The notes beneath the pieces are model-generated. The model saw nothing but the letters and a program-made list of their open reading frames with translations. It was not told where the DNA came from and did not search any database. DNA of 64,000 nucleotides from Phoronis australis (Eukaryota; Animalia; Phoronida), in NCBI GenBank assembly GCA_002633005.1, contig NMRA01000286.1:216175-280174 (forward strand). The letters run 5' to 3'. The position numbers and the translations under genes are program-made. The number at the start of each line of letters is the position of its first letter. The first letter of the stretch is position 1. Of this stretch, positions 1-13,894 are shown in pieces.

Positions 1-180
1 GTAAGATTAACCGCCCAGGGCGGTTGCCTGTCGTAATAAGCGCCCATGTTCGGTTAACCGCCCACCCTGGATTTCTTGAAATTTCACGTTTAAGCGCCCA
101 TGTCTGGTTAACCGCCCACCCCCGATTTTTTGGGTTTGCCAATTTAACCGCCCAGGGCGTTAACCCGAACAATTACGGTA
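1..180. mobile_element. Right end of a CCGTA-terminated non-autonomous DNA transposon (Tc1/mariner, Tc2-like)
   Basis: Ends in AATTACGG-TA. Contains repeated AACCGCCCA/AAGCGCCCA motifs, including a ~30 bp direct repeat at ~37-66 and ~91-121. The reverse complement of the terminus matches the left end of the element at 36260. Confidence 0.7.
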
Positions 181-1899
181 GTTACCCCAAAATTGCAAAC
201 TGAGGTTGGCCAACTCTAAAATTGCGAATTGGAAACTGGCCCAAGTATGCATTGTCTTTGCTAGTGACTTGACTTGTCAACAGAAATAGAATCTTATCAC
301 GATAAGGAATATTAAAGACCAATTTTACAACTTTCAATTTAGCTAGCTTAGCATAACTACTACAATAATTTCTAAAGGTTAGCAAATGCAGGAAAATACC
401 TGCATTTGATATCATTTTTAAATAACAGCAAATAACAACAGGTGCATCAGGTTCTAAGAAAACAGGATACTAGTGCACCATAATGTGTTTTGGGCTATTT
501 GAACAACAGGATGGCTGGATGTGAGGCGGAACTCAGTGAATGTGTCACATGGGAATGACGGTGCGTAGGGAATAAAGAAGAAGAAATGCGAAGAAAACGA
601 TTAACACAGCGTAGTTGCTTAATTAAAAAAGTTTTATGCCGACGTTCTAGCCAAAAAGAAGAGTTTTATCTTCTAATGAGAGAGCAAATTCACATCTACA
701 ATCAAATGTATTGATCACACTTCCAACTTCAGTTCATCAGCTCAAACATTTACAAATGTTAACTCATTCTACCACCTCAGCTTATTTTTTGTAAAATTGA
801 ATAACCATTATATGTAAACAAAACTACCATTACTCAGTAACTCTAAAGGCCCCAAAGCTAATGACCAGTCTTACTAAGTTTTCAAATTCAGAAAGTACAC
901 AAATTTCTCACCAATTTCGGACAGAATTTACTTTTTCCTTTTTAAAAGCTTCTAACATTACAGTGCATGCTTACTTTCACGGTCTGGTGTTAGCCATGGT
1001 ATAGACCTTATATGTTCTAAAGCATCTAGTTGGTGGTTGTATGAAAATATGTAAAGAAATAAAACTTCACTTGTCCACCACATTGGGCCAGCATATTGCC
1101 TCCAAAGTCACAGCATAGCGTGCTAGCTAGCAGCGGATGGTAAACCAAGAACAACGATACGCTTTCACCAATTGCTTGCCAATTTGCAGTTTAGCATAGC
1201 TATTTTAATTAGTTCTGAAAATTTTGAAAACTGATGTCTGAATGCGATCACACGGTTTTCAATTTTAAGCACTAAAGGAAGAAATAATCAAGACAGTTTT
1301 AACGAGTGATATATGCAGAGGAGATTATTACCGGAGATGTGCGATAAAACTGGATCAAGATGAGACACTGGTGACGCAGACAATGTAAACGGAAAGTAAT
1401 CTTCAACGTGGGAGGTACAAAACAGCACGGGTAATTACTCCTCAAAGGAAGAAGGCAAAAAAGAAAAATGCTAATGACGTCTTTTTCATACATGAACTGA
1501 CATCAAAGATAAATTTTTACTTGATAGCTTGTTGTATATACCATACTACACGACTACAATAGATCTGCCATGCACGATCGTGGGGGGTACTCAATTATAT
1601 TTTTGATAGACAGTGCAGCTAGACTAGAGAAAAGGTTACCCTTTTTTACACTGATTTTTTTACAGAAACACCAATCTTCTGTGACAGTTACTTTCAGAAA
1701 CCAAACCCTTTTGTAGTAATTCTTGGAAGCTCTTTTACCTATCAAGCCTGTGAAAGAATGCCATGTCATCAAAAATTAGTACATTGTTTGCAACCAGTTA
1801 CACAGGTAATATTAAAAACCCTTTGTATCCATACTTGGAAAAGGCAACTTTTAGCAGAGCTTTGAACTACCACAGTGAATCTATTTGTAGGTAATTAAA

Positions 1900-2450
1900 T
1901 TGAGAAAGTCACCCTTGTGTAGGCAACTTTGTCAGAGAATCCACTTTTTGGCAGGATACTGGTCATGAAAAAAGTCACCCAGCTGAGTGGCAAAAGTCAG
2001 ACACTGATTCCATGGGGGTACCCTCAGATCTTAATTCTACCACACTTAATAAAGGAAACTAGCTCAAATATATTAGGAAATCCAACTGTAAATTCTAACA
2101 ACCAACTGCAACAAAGGGGCATCTAAGTATGATGAGAAACTGTCTTGAAGAACATTGTAAAATACCTTTTGACCTACCTCGCCCATTTTTCTTTGTAAAA
2201 CTTTGAACCTGCGACTGACTGTTCTGCAGAGAGTACACGAACACAGGGACTGTTTTCGCGGTCTTTTTACACACAGAGTGTCCTTCATCATAGTAACAAG
2301 ACGGCTGCTAAAGATTCTTCTACAAGCAATGCGATGCTCACAGGTATGGGAGCCACAAAATGTCCTTCTTGGTAATAGTATATGCCATAGACGACCAGAC
2401 TTCAATACCAAGGGATGTGTTCATCTGAGCGAAGATAACACACACAGACT
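1900..2450 (-). mobile_element. Highly decayed LINE ORF2 3' fragment (CR1/L2-like group)
   Basis: Minus-strand peptides GIEVWSS, MMKDTLCVKR and SWLLEFTVGFPNIF lie in different frames. Their order matches the YG.EVW / K..LGVK / W...GF motifs of such LINEs. Many stops. Confidence 0.35.
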
Positions 2451-3163
2451 GGCTCAGCTAACAGGTATGTAAGTCGTTAATAACATATAAGAGCACGTGT
2501 TACATCTTAGCCAAGTCATGCGAAACAAGCAAAACTTCTTAAAAATTATCAGTATTGTGAGAGATGGCTCATACTAAATCACCATGGCAACAACTCATTT
2601 GAATTACTCCTAATCCATCTTAGTGTGTTAAAATTGAACAGTTACCGGCATACGACATAAAGTACCACAGAAATTTATAGTCGATTGCTGAGATTCCCGT
2701 CTCGTGACTGAATGCTACCCAGTCACATTCATTAGCATCACTTAAGACACAACGATAGGCTGTACGCACAAGGCTTGAAAGTAGGAGACCATATTAACTT
2801 CTAATTGGCCTGTGACGTGTAAAAGACATATTCTCCAGCTTGAATAGACAAGATATCGATAGCCATCGCAACTTGCTTAAATGCTTTAATTGACCATAAC
2901 TACACTGTGATAGGACAAAACGAACGTAATTGCCGGTCATTATTCCACCACCAGTTACAACGCGACCAACCACGTTACCTCGTTAGCGAACCTGTCGTGT
3001 GACATCCTCCAGGGAGACAACGTTTTGCGAAATGACAACTTCCATCAGGATTACAAGGAAAGCCGCTCAATTTGATGAACATTCAGACAATGACATGAAG
3101 CGACGGTGAACTGTGTACCACGAATAGCTTCCAGATAAGACAAAAATCTGTGGCAAGCATTAC

Positions 3164-3340
3164 CTATTGATTGGCAGCACAATCACCATCACAGTTGAAT
3201 AAGCCAACAGCCTCCCAAGCAGATTTAGCGCCTGTTTTGCATGTAAATGGGCTTTCAGCATAGGTGATCAACATAGCTGACAAATGCATGGGGACATTAT
3301 TGGGTAATAATGCTAACAATGCCAACTGTTTTTGATGTCC
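3164..3340 (-). other. Candidate 177-nt minus-strand exon ending in a stop codon
   Basis: Acceptor GTTATTTTTACAG|GG at 3341-3353 and donor AG|GTAATG at 3158-3163 (minus strand). One frame is open for 58 codons and TAG is the last exon codon. No recognisable protein similarity. Confidence 0.3.
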
Positions 3341-4949
3341 CTGTAAAAATAACAGCTGAGTAATTATCACACTTGCCCGGGTTAATGCCTATGTTCTCCT
3401 TAATACCTCCTCCAAAATTTCAAATTTTCATTTTTTTAACACCCATTCTCGTCAGAATAACCACCAGGTACCTCCAGTTTATCAGCTGAGACTTCCTTCA
3501 AAGTGCCCGTGTCTCTGTGAACCCCGACGATTCTTCTCTTGTTTAGCACACATTACAGCCAACAACTCAAATTCTATTTTGTCACATTTATTCACAAAAA
3601 CAAAGACAAAGAAAATCTCAGTCTATTGCACATGCCAGTCTTTGTTTGCACTGCATAGGTGCCATAAACAACACTTAGTGAAGTTTACAAAATGATTATT
3701 TTGGCAATCATTTTTGGACAAAATGCGTGAAGAATTACTCTATGTTTGGTTAATGCTAGCTTCAGCAGGCTCATGCCACATTTAAACAGAATACTCACAT
3801 GAAATGGTTCTTTTGATTCAAGAGCATCCTAACATTACCACACTTGAGTCCAAAAATCGTGAAGCTTTTTGTATCAGCACATCAAACGTTCCAGAAAAAT
3901 GGTCCCCAATTTCTGCAGCTTTCTATTTCATTCACGAAAACCTTAGAAGTCCTATTTCTTGATAGCCCCTCATGCAAAAGTGGAACTTTTGAAAACACTT
4001 CCTATTTTAGCATAAAGTATAGTATCAAAAAATTATATGGATACAAAAAACTATGAGGTTCCAAAGTCATCCAAATTTAGACATTTCTCTACTATCATAC
4101 TTAACCTTAATAATGCCCTTCCAGCCGAAGTTCAGTTACAAGGCAAGGCCTTATCAGTTTGGGAGAAAGTAATTATTTGAAAATCTATTCTAAACCACAC
4201 CAACACATTACAGTCAGCAAGTGGCCAGTCTCGATATCTAAATTAGGTTGTGAAAAGTCACCAGGGGTTCACAAATGTCAAGGCCCACGTCACTGACCTA
4301 TCCAACAGACATAACGTCCAAAGTCTTTCAGTCCTTCGAACACTTCCTTGTTAAAATGCAGATTACCCCTTTAACAACAAGTTCAGACAATTATTTCTCA
4401 AAGAGGTGCATATCAATGTCAATACTTTTCAGGTTCATCAAATTTTCAAACTGGTCTTCTAATATCCTTTTGATCACTGAAATGAAAAAAAGAACAAACC
4501 AACTAGCTATGTTAGGATTTTTCTTAGAAAAGGAAGCCACAAAAACAGCAAAATAGTTAAAGAAATTAGTTGAAATAAGCAACAACCAATAGATTTCAAA
4601 TCTAGTTATAAGCTCCATTCAGGTTATGCAGGTTGACAAGTGTGTACATTCAGCTTTATATCTAAAAAGGTATACAACTTAAACTCAGCAAAAGTATGGT
4701 ATATACTTTCTGAAAGCAGAAATTCTGTACAATTTATTACTAACATTATTTATACCAGTCTGCCATTCATAAGCTCACGTGATCATGTTTTTTTAGTAAA
4801 ATTTAGCAAAAAGAAAGGCATATTCATAGCAAAACAACAACCGATTCAATTACATGACCAAATTTCGTGTGATATAAATATTCAAGATAAAATCTCAAAA
4901 ACAACGTTACAGTTTTCTAAATTAACATTTTGTTTTCAGCTCTACAGTT

Positions 4950-5150
4950 GAATGCACTAAGAGCGTTGGGTGGGACATGTTGCCAATTAGCAGTAGTATC
5001 TTGGCCTCTGGGTATCGCCTCACGTGTCGATTATGTCCCTGGATATGTGAGACTCATACCCACTCAGAGGTGACAACACATCAAGGTCTCTCTTTGTCAC
5101 ATCTACACAGACTGAGAGCAGAAAGCAGTTTACCAGCATGAGGGCGCTCA
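4950..5150 (+). mobile_element. Possible RTE-clade LINE 3' relic
   Basis: 4964-4981 encodes RWVGHV, resembling the RTE C-terminal LRW.GHV.RM motif. Downstream similarity is weak. Confidence 0.3.
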
Positions 5151-5989
5151 TGTGATAAGGGACCCATGGGATGAACCTGAATGCAGGCATTTCTATGTGA
5201 GTGTCCTTGGATGCACTAGAGACACCTAGTGAATTTTGAGTTCCTCGTGGTTACAGGTGGACATATTGCCCTTTCAGGTGTTGTCTCAGTTGGCTGAAAC
5301 ATAGAAGTCGTGATCACGGGCAAGATTTTATAATTTGTTTTGTCTTGGGTAGAGGTAATTGCATTGGTCTATATTCCATACATTTGCTAGCACGTGTCCC
5401 TTATCTAAAAGGAGAACCAAAGGCCGAGGACTAATCCCTGAACTGAAAACTCAGTTGGAGTCAATTCATAAGATTGGACACTGGGCCCAAAACTTTTTCA
5501 CAGCTAAGAAGCCAATAATTTAATCATACAACGGCAGTCAGACAAGTACGTCACTACTTACTCGTTGATGACGTCAATATCTAAACTAGAACATTAACTA
5601 GTACTAGGTACATTCTATTAAAACACAGTATGATCACAAAGATGACAACAGCATGTCTGAGAACCTCTTAGATCCAACCTGTCACTAATGAACACAGGAT
5701 TAAGACCGATGATGTTCTGTTTGACGTAATGCCCTTCAAGAGTAAGGAAAAGATTTTCAACTTATGGACGACTTGATTTGAAGCACTACACATAAGTACC
5801 TTTCAACAAAGCTCTGGTTAAATACAAAGATTGATGAAGTAGTGTCAGCTCCATGCTTAAGAAAGATAAGAGACAATTCTTTGTTGTTTCATACCGCATC
5901 TTCTTACTTACACTCAAACACCAAGACTTCGTTTCAATCCCACTGATGGCCCACTAATGCATGCTTGATTAAGTCAATGACATAACTTA

Positions 5990-6453
5990 ACGCTCTTTCA
6001 TACTAACTCAACTCCGGTCTGGGGCATCGACATAAACTACGAAGTTAGTTGAACCATTCATACCGGCTTCGGCAGTTAACAGATACCGAAGTAAACGGTA
6101 GGTAACGCTGCTATCATCAAAGTAATCACAAGGGTAGTGCCAATGCATCGTGTGCACACCAATTTGGGAAGGTTTTACATGTGCTAATTGACATGAAACT
6201 TATTTCTAATTCAAGCAAAATATGAGTAACTATCAGCGACGACGCTATCCTTTAATTGTCGATGATAACAGTGGCCCCTGGCAATAACTTTTATGGGACC
6301 GAAGTTAACTGTTCGCACTGCACCGCAGCGTCGACGCTGTTTACTGTGAAAATAACTGGCACTGTTAACTTTGATCCTGGACCAAAGTTAACTGTTCATA
6401 CAGACTGCAACTCCCAAAAACATCAACTTGTCGGTGTTAGTATGAAAGGGTCT
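5990..6453 (+). mobile_element. MITE family A copy (TIR AGGCCCTTTCATACT; Harbinger-like)
   Basis: Ends ACGCTCTTTCATACT ... AGTATGAAAGGGTCT, flanked by TTA on both sides. Internal sequence aligns by eye with the copies at 15787, 19550 and 59724. Confidence 0.85.
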
Positions 6454-6457
6454 TTAA

Positions 6458-7067
6458 AACCCTGCCACACTTCTGTGAGTATCCTTGTTCTTTATGAGTT
6501 TCTAATGGGTTGGGCATTGGCATATCTTTCCCACACAATCATATGCATGCATAACCCGCACCTCAAATGAATCTCAAATGTTTTGTGCAAGTTTCACATA
6601 CGCCGACATGCGGACACCACAGCTCCGTTGACCTGCTAAGTTCTCAGCAAGAACAAAACGGTACGCCTTGTGCTGTTACAGATGCCATATGAAACGCACT
6701 GACCTTGCATCGCTTGAGCACTATATGAGTGCATTTTGTTTTTCTGTAAGCAGTTCATACGCATTAATACATTGATCTCCCGGCACAAGCTATCAACTGC
6801 GTATTTTGGACATGAGCCTAGCATACCTGCACAGTATAGTACATACAACGCATATTGAACGAACTCACAGCCAATGCAAATATGTTGCGCCAGGCACGTC
6901 CACTGCATAATGCAGCCATTCACAGCAAGAAAAACAGTGCTGTGAACTGCATATGCAAATCATAAACGTGTTTCTTTATTGATATGCTAGATGTACACAG
7001 CATGCAAGTCAGAACAGACGGGAGATTTTGATATCTGGAGCGTGGGGCCACATAGTGTGACAGGACC
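6458..7067. mobile_element. Possible Harbinger-like MITE abutting family A copy
   Basis: Imperfect TIR AACCCTGCCACACT / AGTGTGACAGGACC (10 of 14 match). Interior rich in GCATAT/GCGTAT-type motifs. Confidence 0.4.
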
Positions 7068-10000
7068 ATTAATAAGGATTAATAAGGTAAACGACCAGGT
7101 AACTCACATGAATGAACAGTTGAGTGCTAGGATTTCGCATTTCAAGACATTGGCAACGTACTGGAAATCACCAGTTCCTTACCACTTCAAGGTGGTACCT
7201 GCTATCTGTGCTTGATAGACTAACAGTCGTTTGCAGAACCGACTGTCATTCATAGAATACACTCCTTTTGTAGATTTTTTTTAATTCAGAAATTCAAAGG
7301 TAAAAATTCTTCAGTTTGGGACACAATAAGGTAGACAAATGGAATTCAGTTGGCCCTTGAAGTATGTAGAATGCGTATAAAACCACAATAGTTGGCAGCC
7401 ATGGGTTTGTATGGTACAGATGTCACAGAAGAATATTTTTTACAAAATTTTGAGCATTTACAATGATGTAATGAGTCTTTGAAAATTGGATGACTGGTGA
7501 TTTCAGCAATAATTTTTGTCCCAAATTGAAGAAATTTCAGGGTAGTTTATTTTTATAACTAAGAATTTGTTGCTCAACAGAACATAGAACAATTTTCCTT
7601 TCAAACTCTTATTTCTTGAACTTTTTTTCAATGAACTACAATAGTACATCAGGTGAGAAATGCCTTCTCCATTACTGTGAACAATTTTCTGGCAATTCCT
7701 GGACTTTCAGTACACAATTGTAAGCCAAACAAAAAAAACACGTTTAGTCAACGGAAAATGATGGACAAGTAGTTTCACCATTCAGAGACTGCACAAAAAC
7801 AAACTAACATAATTTTATGATAGAAACTTTAAGCAACAAGACAGAGAAGTGCTTCTTTTAGTCAATTCTGACTTTGAAAATGTATTACCGCTATACCAGT
7901 TAAGTATATCCAGAATGTTATTGCCTTTAGAAACATGGCTATTATGCAACAGATGTAGAAAAGTTGTAGTCAACAGTCCCTATGATGGCAGAAGCATGTT
8001 CTGCACTTTCAAATCACAATGGAGTGATTACACAGAGACATCAAACTGAAATCTGATATAAATGATCAATCAGAAAGGAAATGGACAATTGGCACAAATC
8101 TTCCAAAAAACACATGCAAGCAGTACCCTATAATGATAATGGTTCATACTATTTGTATTTCTTCAGTATTCACTACTTGCACACTTTGATGGTGTTGCAA
8201 AAATTATTGTTGTTCATTGTTGTTAAGGAAATGATGCCTCCTTTTAGCATCAATTTTAACAGCGCAAACAGTGAAAGCGTATGTTCCAAACAGAACCATT
8301 TGTAGTTTGGACATAACACCTAGTTTTCTAGCACAATGGCGAATTCATGTGAATGACAAAACTGGTAACCTTAATTACATGTAAGTACTGTGCACATTTA
8401 GCTAAAAGGGACAAGAGATATAAAACAGCAAAATTCGGGGTGTCTTTGCAATTGTGTTAGGAATCACTGATTTCCCACAATACTTGGTTATTTGCCACAT
8501 CCAGGCTTTTAGCTCTACCATTAAAGTGCGGAGATGGTAGTATTGAATCTGTCTTAAGGGCTGATCTATCAAAAAGCAACATATTGTTGTTCTTGCATCA
8601 GGCACAGCCGCAAAGCTAGCCTTTCCTAAGTAGCGACAATACTAGCAAAAATGCGAGTGGTGAGAAAAAACAAACATAACAGCTGGGGAAAATGAATTTT
8701 TTGCAAACATCATGTCTGTTCCAACTATTTCCAAAGCACTTTCATAACAGCAAAACTCTTACATTTCCACAACTGTATATATATCTACATAAACATTAGT
8801 GACTATCAAACATCACAGCACCTTCTTACACACTTCATTCACCATTTCAATGCTACAACAAACCACAAACACTACATACTATTCTAGTAAAGGAGCACTG
8901 GTTTTCAATCTACTCGTCAATGGCAGTCTGCAGTAAAACTGTGAATGCTGACGTAGAAAATTGCTGATCTCCAAAATCCTCCAGGCTCGGATGACAAGCG
9001 CATGAAAAGTCCTGCGGGTGGTTTTAACCTCTCCGGTGATAGACTCAATACGTCTTTTGTTGTGGGGGTCTGTCAAGGAGCACAACCAATGCATCCGCAG
9101 CAGGTCGATTACGACCAGTGACGTAAATTGTGGGTGAAAAAACGTGCCTGACTTAAATGTCAGTCTTTGTGCTGACTGTGTCAGCCTAAATCTTTGAATG
9201 AATGAAACATTTGTTGAAGAAAGGGAACAAGGTTAAGATATTTGACTGAGGGTGACACTTAGGTGGAAGGAATCATTTCAATGGTTTTGACAAAGCGGGA
9301 AGTATCGGTTTACGGCTAGGTGTTAACACGAGTACATTACAAGTCATTTATGAGTCAGTGGCTCAGAAAGTTTTGAGACAAATTTGCAGACATTTACACA
9401 CCATTTTTTTCTCATGTGACATTTATCAGTTGTCTTAATATGCAGCAAAAATGCATAGGAGAGGTTTGTGTATTATTACAGTTTGTGGAAAGATTTGGTG
9501 ATTTTTTTATAAAAACTTGGGCGAAATGACTGTAAACAAATGGAAGAATGTCTCACTGATATTCTAACGCAATGTTTATAAAACAGTCAGCACTAAATGA
9601 GCAAGAAAAACTGCAAGCTATGAAAAAATGTCCACAGCTGCAAGAACACAAAGAGACTTTTTGCTAACAGTTGCCATTGTCCCCGTTGTAGCACTCATTC
9701 ACCATTTCCCCAATAGATGTCCTAGTTGCCTGATAAGATATCAGCATTGAGCAAAATGTTCAACTCGGTTTGGTTTTGAGTAGCAACAACAGCCACATTG
9801 AAACTACTTTTCTTTAATAAATTATAAGGGACACCGACACTACGATGTGACATAGGGAAAAATGAAACAAACTTTCATTCAAATTTTATGAAAATGAAAA
9901 ATAGCAAGTACAAGCCAGCATTAGAAACAGAAATAGAAATCGGACATAAACCAAATGAAAAATATTTTTTCCTTTGAGCGCAGCCCGAGAAATCGCCTTT

Positions 10001-10104
10001 GCATTATATTCACATTCTCACTCACACCCTTGAACACATTCGCTATCAAACCCGAGCTCAGAGGAACAGGAGACACCATTGTGCAATTCTCGGTTCTCTG
10101 CCAA

Positions 10105-10170
10105 TAAAGCCAGGATTTCAACCATGGTCTCCCAAAGTGGAGTCCACAGCTCTAACCACAGCCAAACTGT
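10105..10170 (-). mobile_element. tRNA-derived SINE head
   Basis: Minus strand has an A-box-like TTGGCTGTGGTTAGAG and a B-box-like GGTTGAAATCC at tRNA-like spacing. No cloverleaf. Confidence 0.45.
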
Positions 10171-10276
10171 TTCCTCAAATGAAGAAATGAGTGTTCCAAT
10201 TTCATCAGATTGGTTGTAAACAAAAAAAGAACTGAATGTAAACCTACAATTACTAAGATCTTCACCAGCTGATCAG

Positions 10277-10435
10277 AACCAGGATTGTCCACACCATTGG
10301 GTAGAGTCAGGTGTGCGCCATACATTCACAACCAGGATTGTCCACACCATTGGGTAGAGTCAGGTGTGCACCATCCATTCACAACCAGGATTGTCCACAC
10401 CATTGGGTAGAGTCAGGTGTGCGCCATCCATTCAC
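10277..10435. repeat. 53-bp tandem repeat x3
   Basis: AACCAGGATTGTCCACACCATTGGGTAGAGTCAGGTGTGCGCCATACATTCAC starts at 10277, 10330 and 10383, with 1-2 substitutions between units. Confidence 0.97.
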
Positions 10436-11733
10436 GACAATGATGGAACTTGATCCCAAACGGAGCCGAATTATTAACTGTGAAATGTCTCCAGCTTGGG
10501 AAAATGAAAAATTAACTATTTTGTTCCAGGTCAGACCTTATGGCTGAATAAATTACGATCAAAAACCTACAAGAATTCACCACATTGTTACATACCATTG
10601 GGTACAATTGGCACGCGTGAAAATGTGTCAGCAGCTATTTTCTGGGACTTTATCAGTTGTCATCAATGATTTTATCAATTGTTTTCAGACTCAAACAAAA
10701 GACAGTGTCCAATACTTGAGAAACATGATAAACGCCAAAATCAGCCATGCCTTATCTTCAGAATCAAGAAAATTCAAATTCAGCTTGAATTTGAAGTTCT
10801 CAAATTTTCAATGTGGAGTGCTTAACTTTAAAGTTTCCATTGACTTACTTTAGGGACTGTACATTGTATTGACTGAATGCTGAAATCCGTCCAAATGCTC
10901 CTGGCCATTAGCAGACACAAAATTCTTTTATTACAGGCGACACAGATGAGCTTCAACTTTTAGCGCCATATTCAAAAACCATCAGTTCAAAGTGAACATG
11001 GTCATTGACATTCACAAGTCTTTTCCACAGAATGCAATTCACAAGATTAACTATTTCCTCATCTCGCCTACTCACGTTGGGGGGTATTTTGTTTTAACAG
11101 TTAGTCTCTGATATTCCCGAAAGAAGTGAAACGCCATGTACACAAAAAATCACACCAATTTAGGATCCAATGTGGCAGACAATTGATTTTTTTTTCATTT
11201 TTCGTTAAACATAAATAGCACAAAATAAAAGATTCATCAATTTTAAATTCTACACTAGTGCTATCATCGGACAATGTTTTAAGAAACTATTGTCATTTAT
11301 AACAATGAAGTACAGTCAAATAAGGCAATAGTAGTTGTCCCAAATTGGTGAATGTTTGCAGTTCATAGCGCAGACTGACTTCCCCTGTCATCAACTCTAG
11401 TCTTGCTAGCATTAGACTGTTGTTTAATTAGCCGGAAGAAATTACTTAGTCAGCTAAAAAGTGTCAACACGTTTAATGAGCCAGAAATAGAAAATATCAC
11501 ACCAAGCTATGCAGTGGCAAGTATTTATTTTATAAAAGTTGGCATTGAAATATAACTGTCACCATAACATGGAACCCCATGTTTCATTTATATAAAAACA
11601 TTACTATGGTACTTGCCCAGCTATACTAAAATGGTGTGTGACAAACCATTATTTACAGGTCGTGTTGAAATAATATTATTAATTACTACACATAGGCTGG
11701 CCTAGTGGTAACATATTGACCAGCACACCTATG

Positions 11734-11767
11734 ATATATATATGTATATGTATATGTATATATATGT
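11734..11767. repeat. (TA)/(TATATG) microsatellite
   Basis: Directly visible. Confidence 0.9.
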
Positions 11768-13535
11768 TTCTACTGCTCCTGCACTTAACATCTGTGCAAA
11801 ATCAGACTTTATTCTGGACAAGTTGAACAAGTGTGAACATATACATCCATATGAGGGTCAAACCTTGTCACTCATCAAGGTAGGGTAGTTGACTGATAGC
11901 AAAGGCTCAGCCAGGTTCAACAAAGCTAAGCAAAACTATATATCTGAGAGCTCAGTGCAGCTCAACAAAGCTTGCCAAGGCTCAATGTTCAAAGTGTAGT
12001 AATGCCCAAGGCTAAAACTGAATGGTATAAAAAACACTGAACAGAATCTCCAAAGGTTAAAAAAACAAGTAACTTTATGAACAGCAGAGTTTGTATTAGC
12101 ACATAGTATTTCACCAGCAAAAGATAAATTGTACTCACTAAGTCCAGATTTGTATCTCAGTTTCTAGAATGTCTAGACAAAAGTGAGGATCTCTCAGTCA
12201 CAAACTGGGTACAGTATGTGGACACTATGTGAAAACAGTTTGATGATCATAAGTATGGCTCTAGTCACTTACAGGGGTACTGCTTTTCAAAAATACGGGA
12301 CCCCTGTATTGGTAAAAGAATTCATGTATAATGTTTGATATAGAATTGTTTAGACAACAACTTACAACAACACAACAAGTGGTCCACACTCAAAGCAAAG
12401 GTTATAAATGAACTTACGATGTACTAACACTCTTACTAAACACTTCTAAAAACTAGAAGGTGTCAAATTATGCATCCTACCCAATCTATCAAGTGAAGAT
12501 CATCCGTATCAATGTCCACAAAGCCATCCATGCTCTAAGTCTGCAAATCTGGGTGAAGCCATCAGTGCATGGGTGCTGTTGGATATACCACCGCCCCTAG
12601 TGCAACAGGGGGATTATTACACTAAACCTGCCTGCGGAATCGTGTGTAATAAACCCAGTGTTACAATTAATCCGTATTTAACAGGTGGATGGAGAGTGAT
12701 CACCTTGTATTTGAGCGACCCAATTTAAGCCCATCACAATACATGGTAATCATAGGTGAGTAATAGCCAGGTGAAAAATGCCAACAAATGCCTAACAATG
12801 ACAATGAAAAGACTATTTGAGCTGAATTGAAAAGGTGAGGAAAATATTATATAACCATATAAGGATAGGCTCAAAGACATGTGGGACACAACTCATGGCT
12901 ACTTCTTTAGAAAGAAAATATCAACACCTTTGCAAATCGATGCATAAGACACAGTCTCTTTTTACAAATATTTTGTTAGTTTTTATATTAGCATTCGTCC
13001 ACAAAGTTTTAATTATAACATTAAAAGGAACCTAAGTCAAAAATTAGGCAATGTTTAGAAAATTATGCTGGGAAATTTCAGAACCCTTCAAAATTGAATG
13101 AAACATTATAGGTTAAGATAAATGATTAAGTCAATGTTACAGAAAGATCCAAAAATAATACCAAAAACTAACAACTACCATAAGTCTGTCAAAGTTTTCA
13201 TAGTACTACAGAGTAAATATATTATATATGGTCACAACCAAGCAGAAATTTGAGATATTTATTTTGATTTTTCAAAAGTCAACAAAACTGCCACACCTGT
13301 TACTGCTAAAGTTACACACTAAATTACACACACTGTACTACCATTCTTCAATTTCTCGTGAGAAATTGAAGAATAACGTCCCTGTTTGCTATCAAAATAC
13401 TGTTAATATATTATCACTTTAATAGCATCCATAGCTGAGTACAGATTAGACAATCTAAGGAATAGTTAGATAAACCCTCATCAAGGTAGACTATTCAAAC
13501 TTTAGACCCTGAGTGTAAATATTGATTTCTAGATC

Positions 13536-13567
13536 TGCGTCATCATGAACTTGCGTCATCGTGAACT
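13536..13567. repeat. 16-bp tandem duplication
   Basis: TGCGTCATCATGAACT followed by TGCGTCATCGTGAACT. Confidence 0.9.
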
Positions 13568-13894
13568 CCTGCTGTGCGCTATCGGTGGAAGCCGAGGAAA
13601 AAGTGGGCAGTGATCTAAAGCCACAGATAATTACACTGACCACAGGTCATCACTGTTATCAATTCTACCACTGGCCAAAGGCTTATTTAGCAGGATTTAC
13701 AAACTATGCCGAGACTCCCACAGGCAAATGAAGCACAGCACAGCTAAAAAGTGAACTAATTACCTACCCAATTAATGGCAGATTGGTAAAAAGTCAAAAA
13801 TAAGCTTTTTACATTCATAAAATGTTTACACTATATTTTTACTGGGTTGAAATCTATATGGCTAAATACACAGACTTGTTCCTATTGTACAACA

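Noticed and set aside
10277-10435. CRISPR array
   Set aside because: Units are contiguous with no unique spacers, there are no cas genes, and the context is eukaryotic.
11696-11730. tRNA gene (TGGCCTAGTGGTAA)
   Set aside because: Only an A-box-like stretch, with no B box or cloverleaf. At most a truncated SINE head. The heads at 10105 and 46423 also lack cloverleafs.
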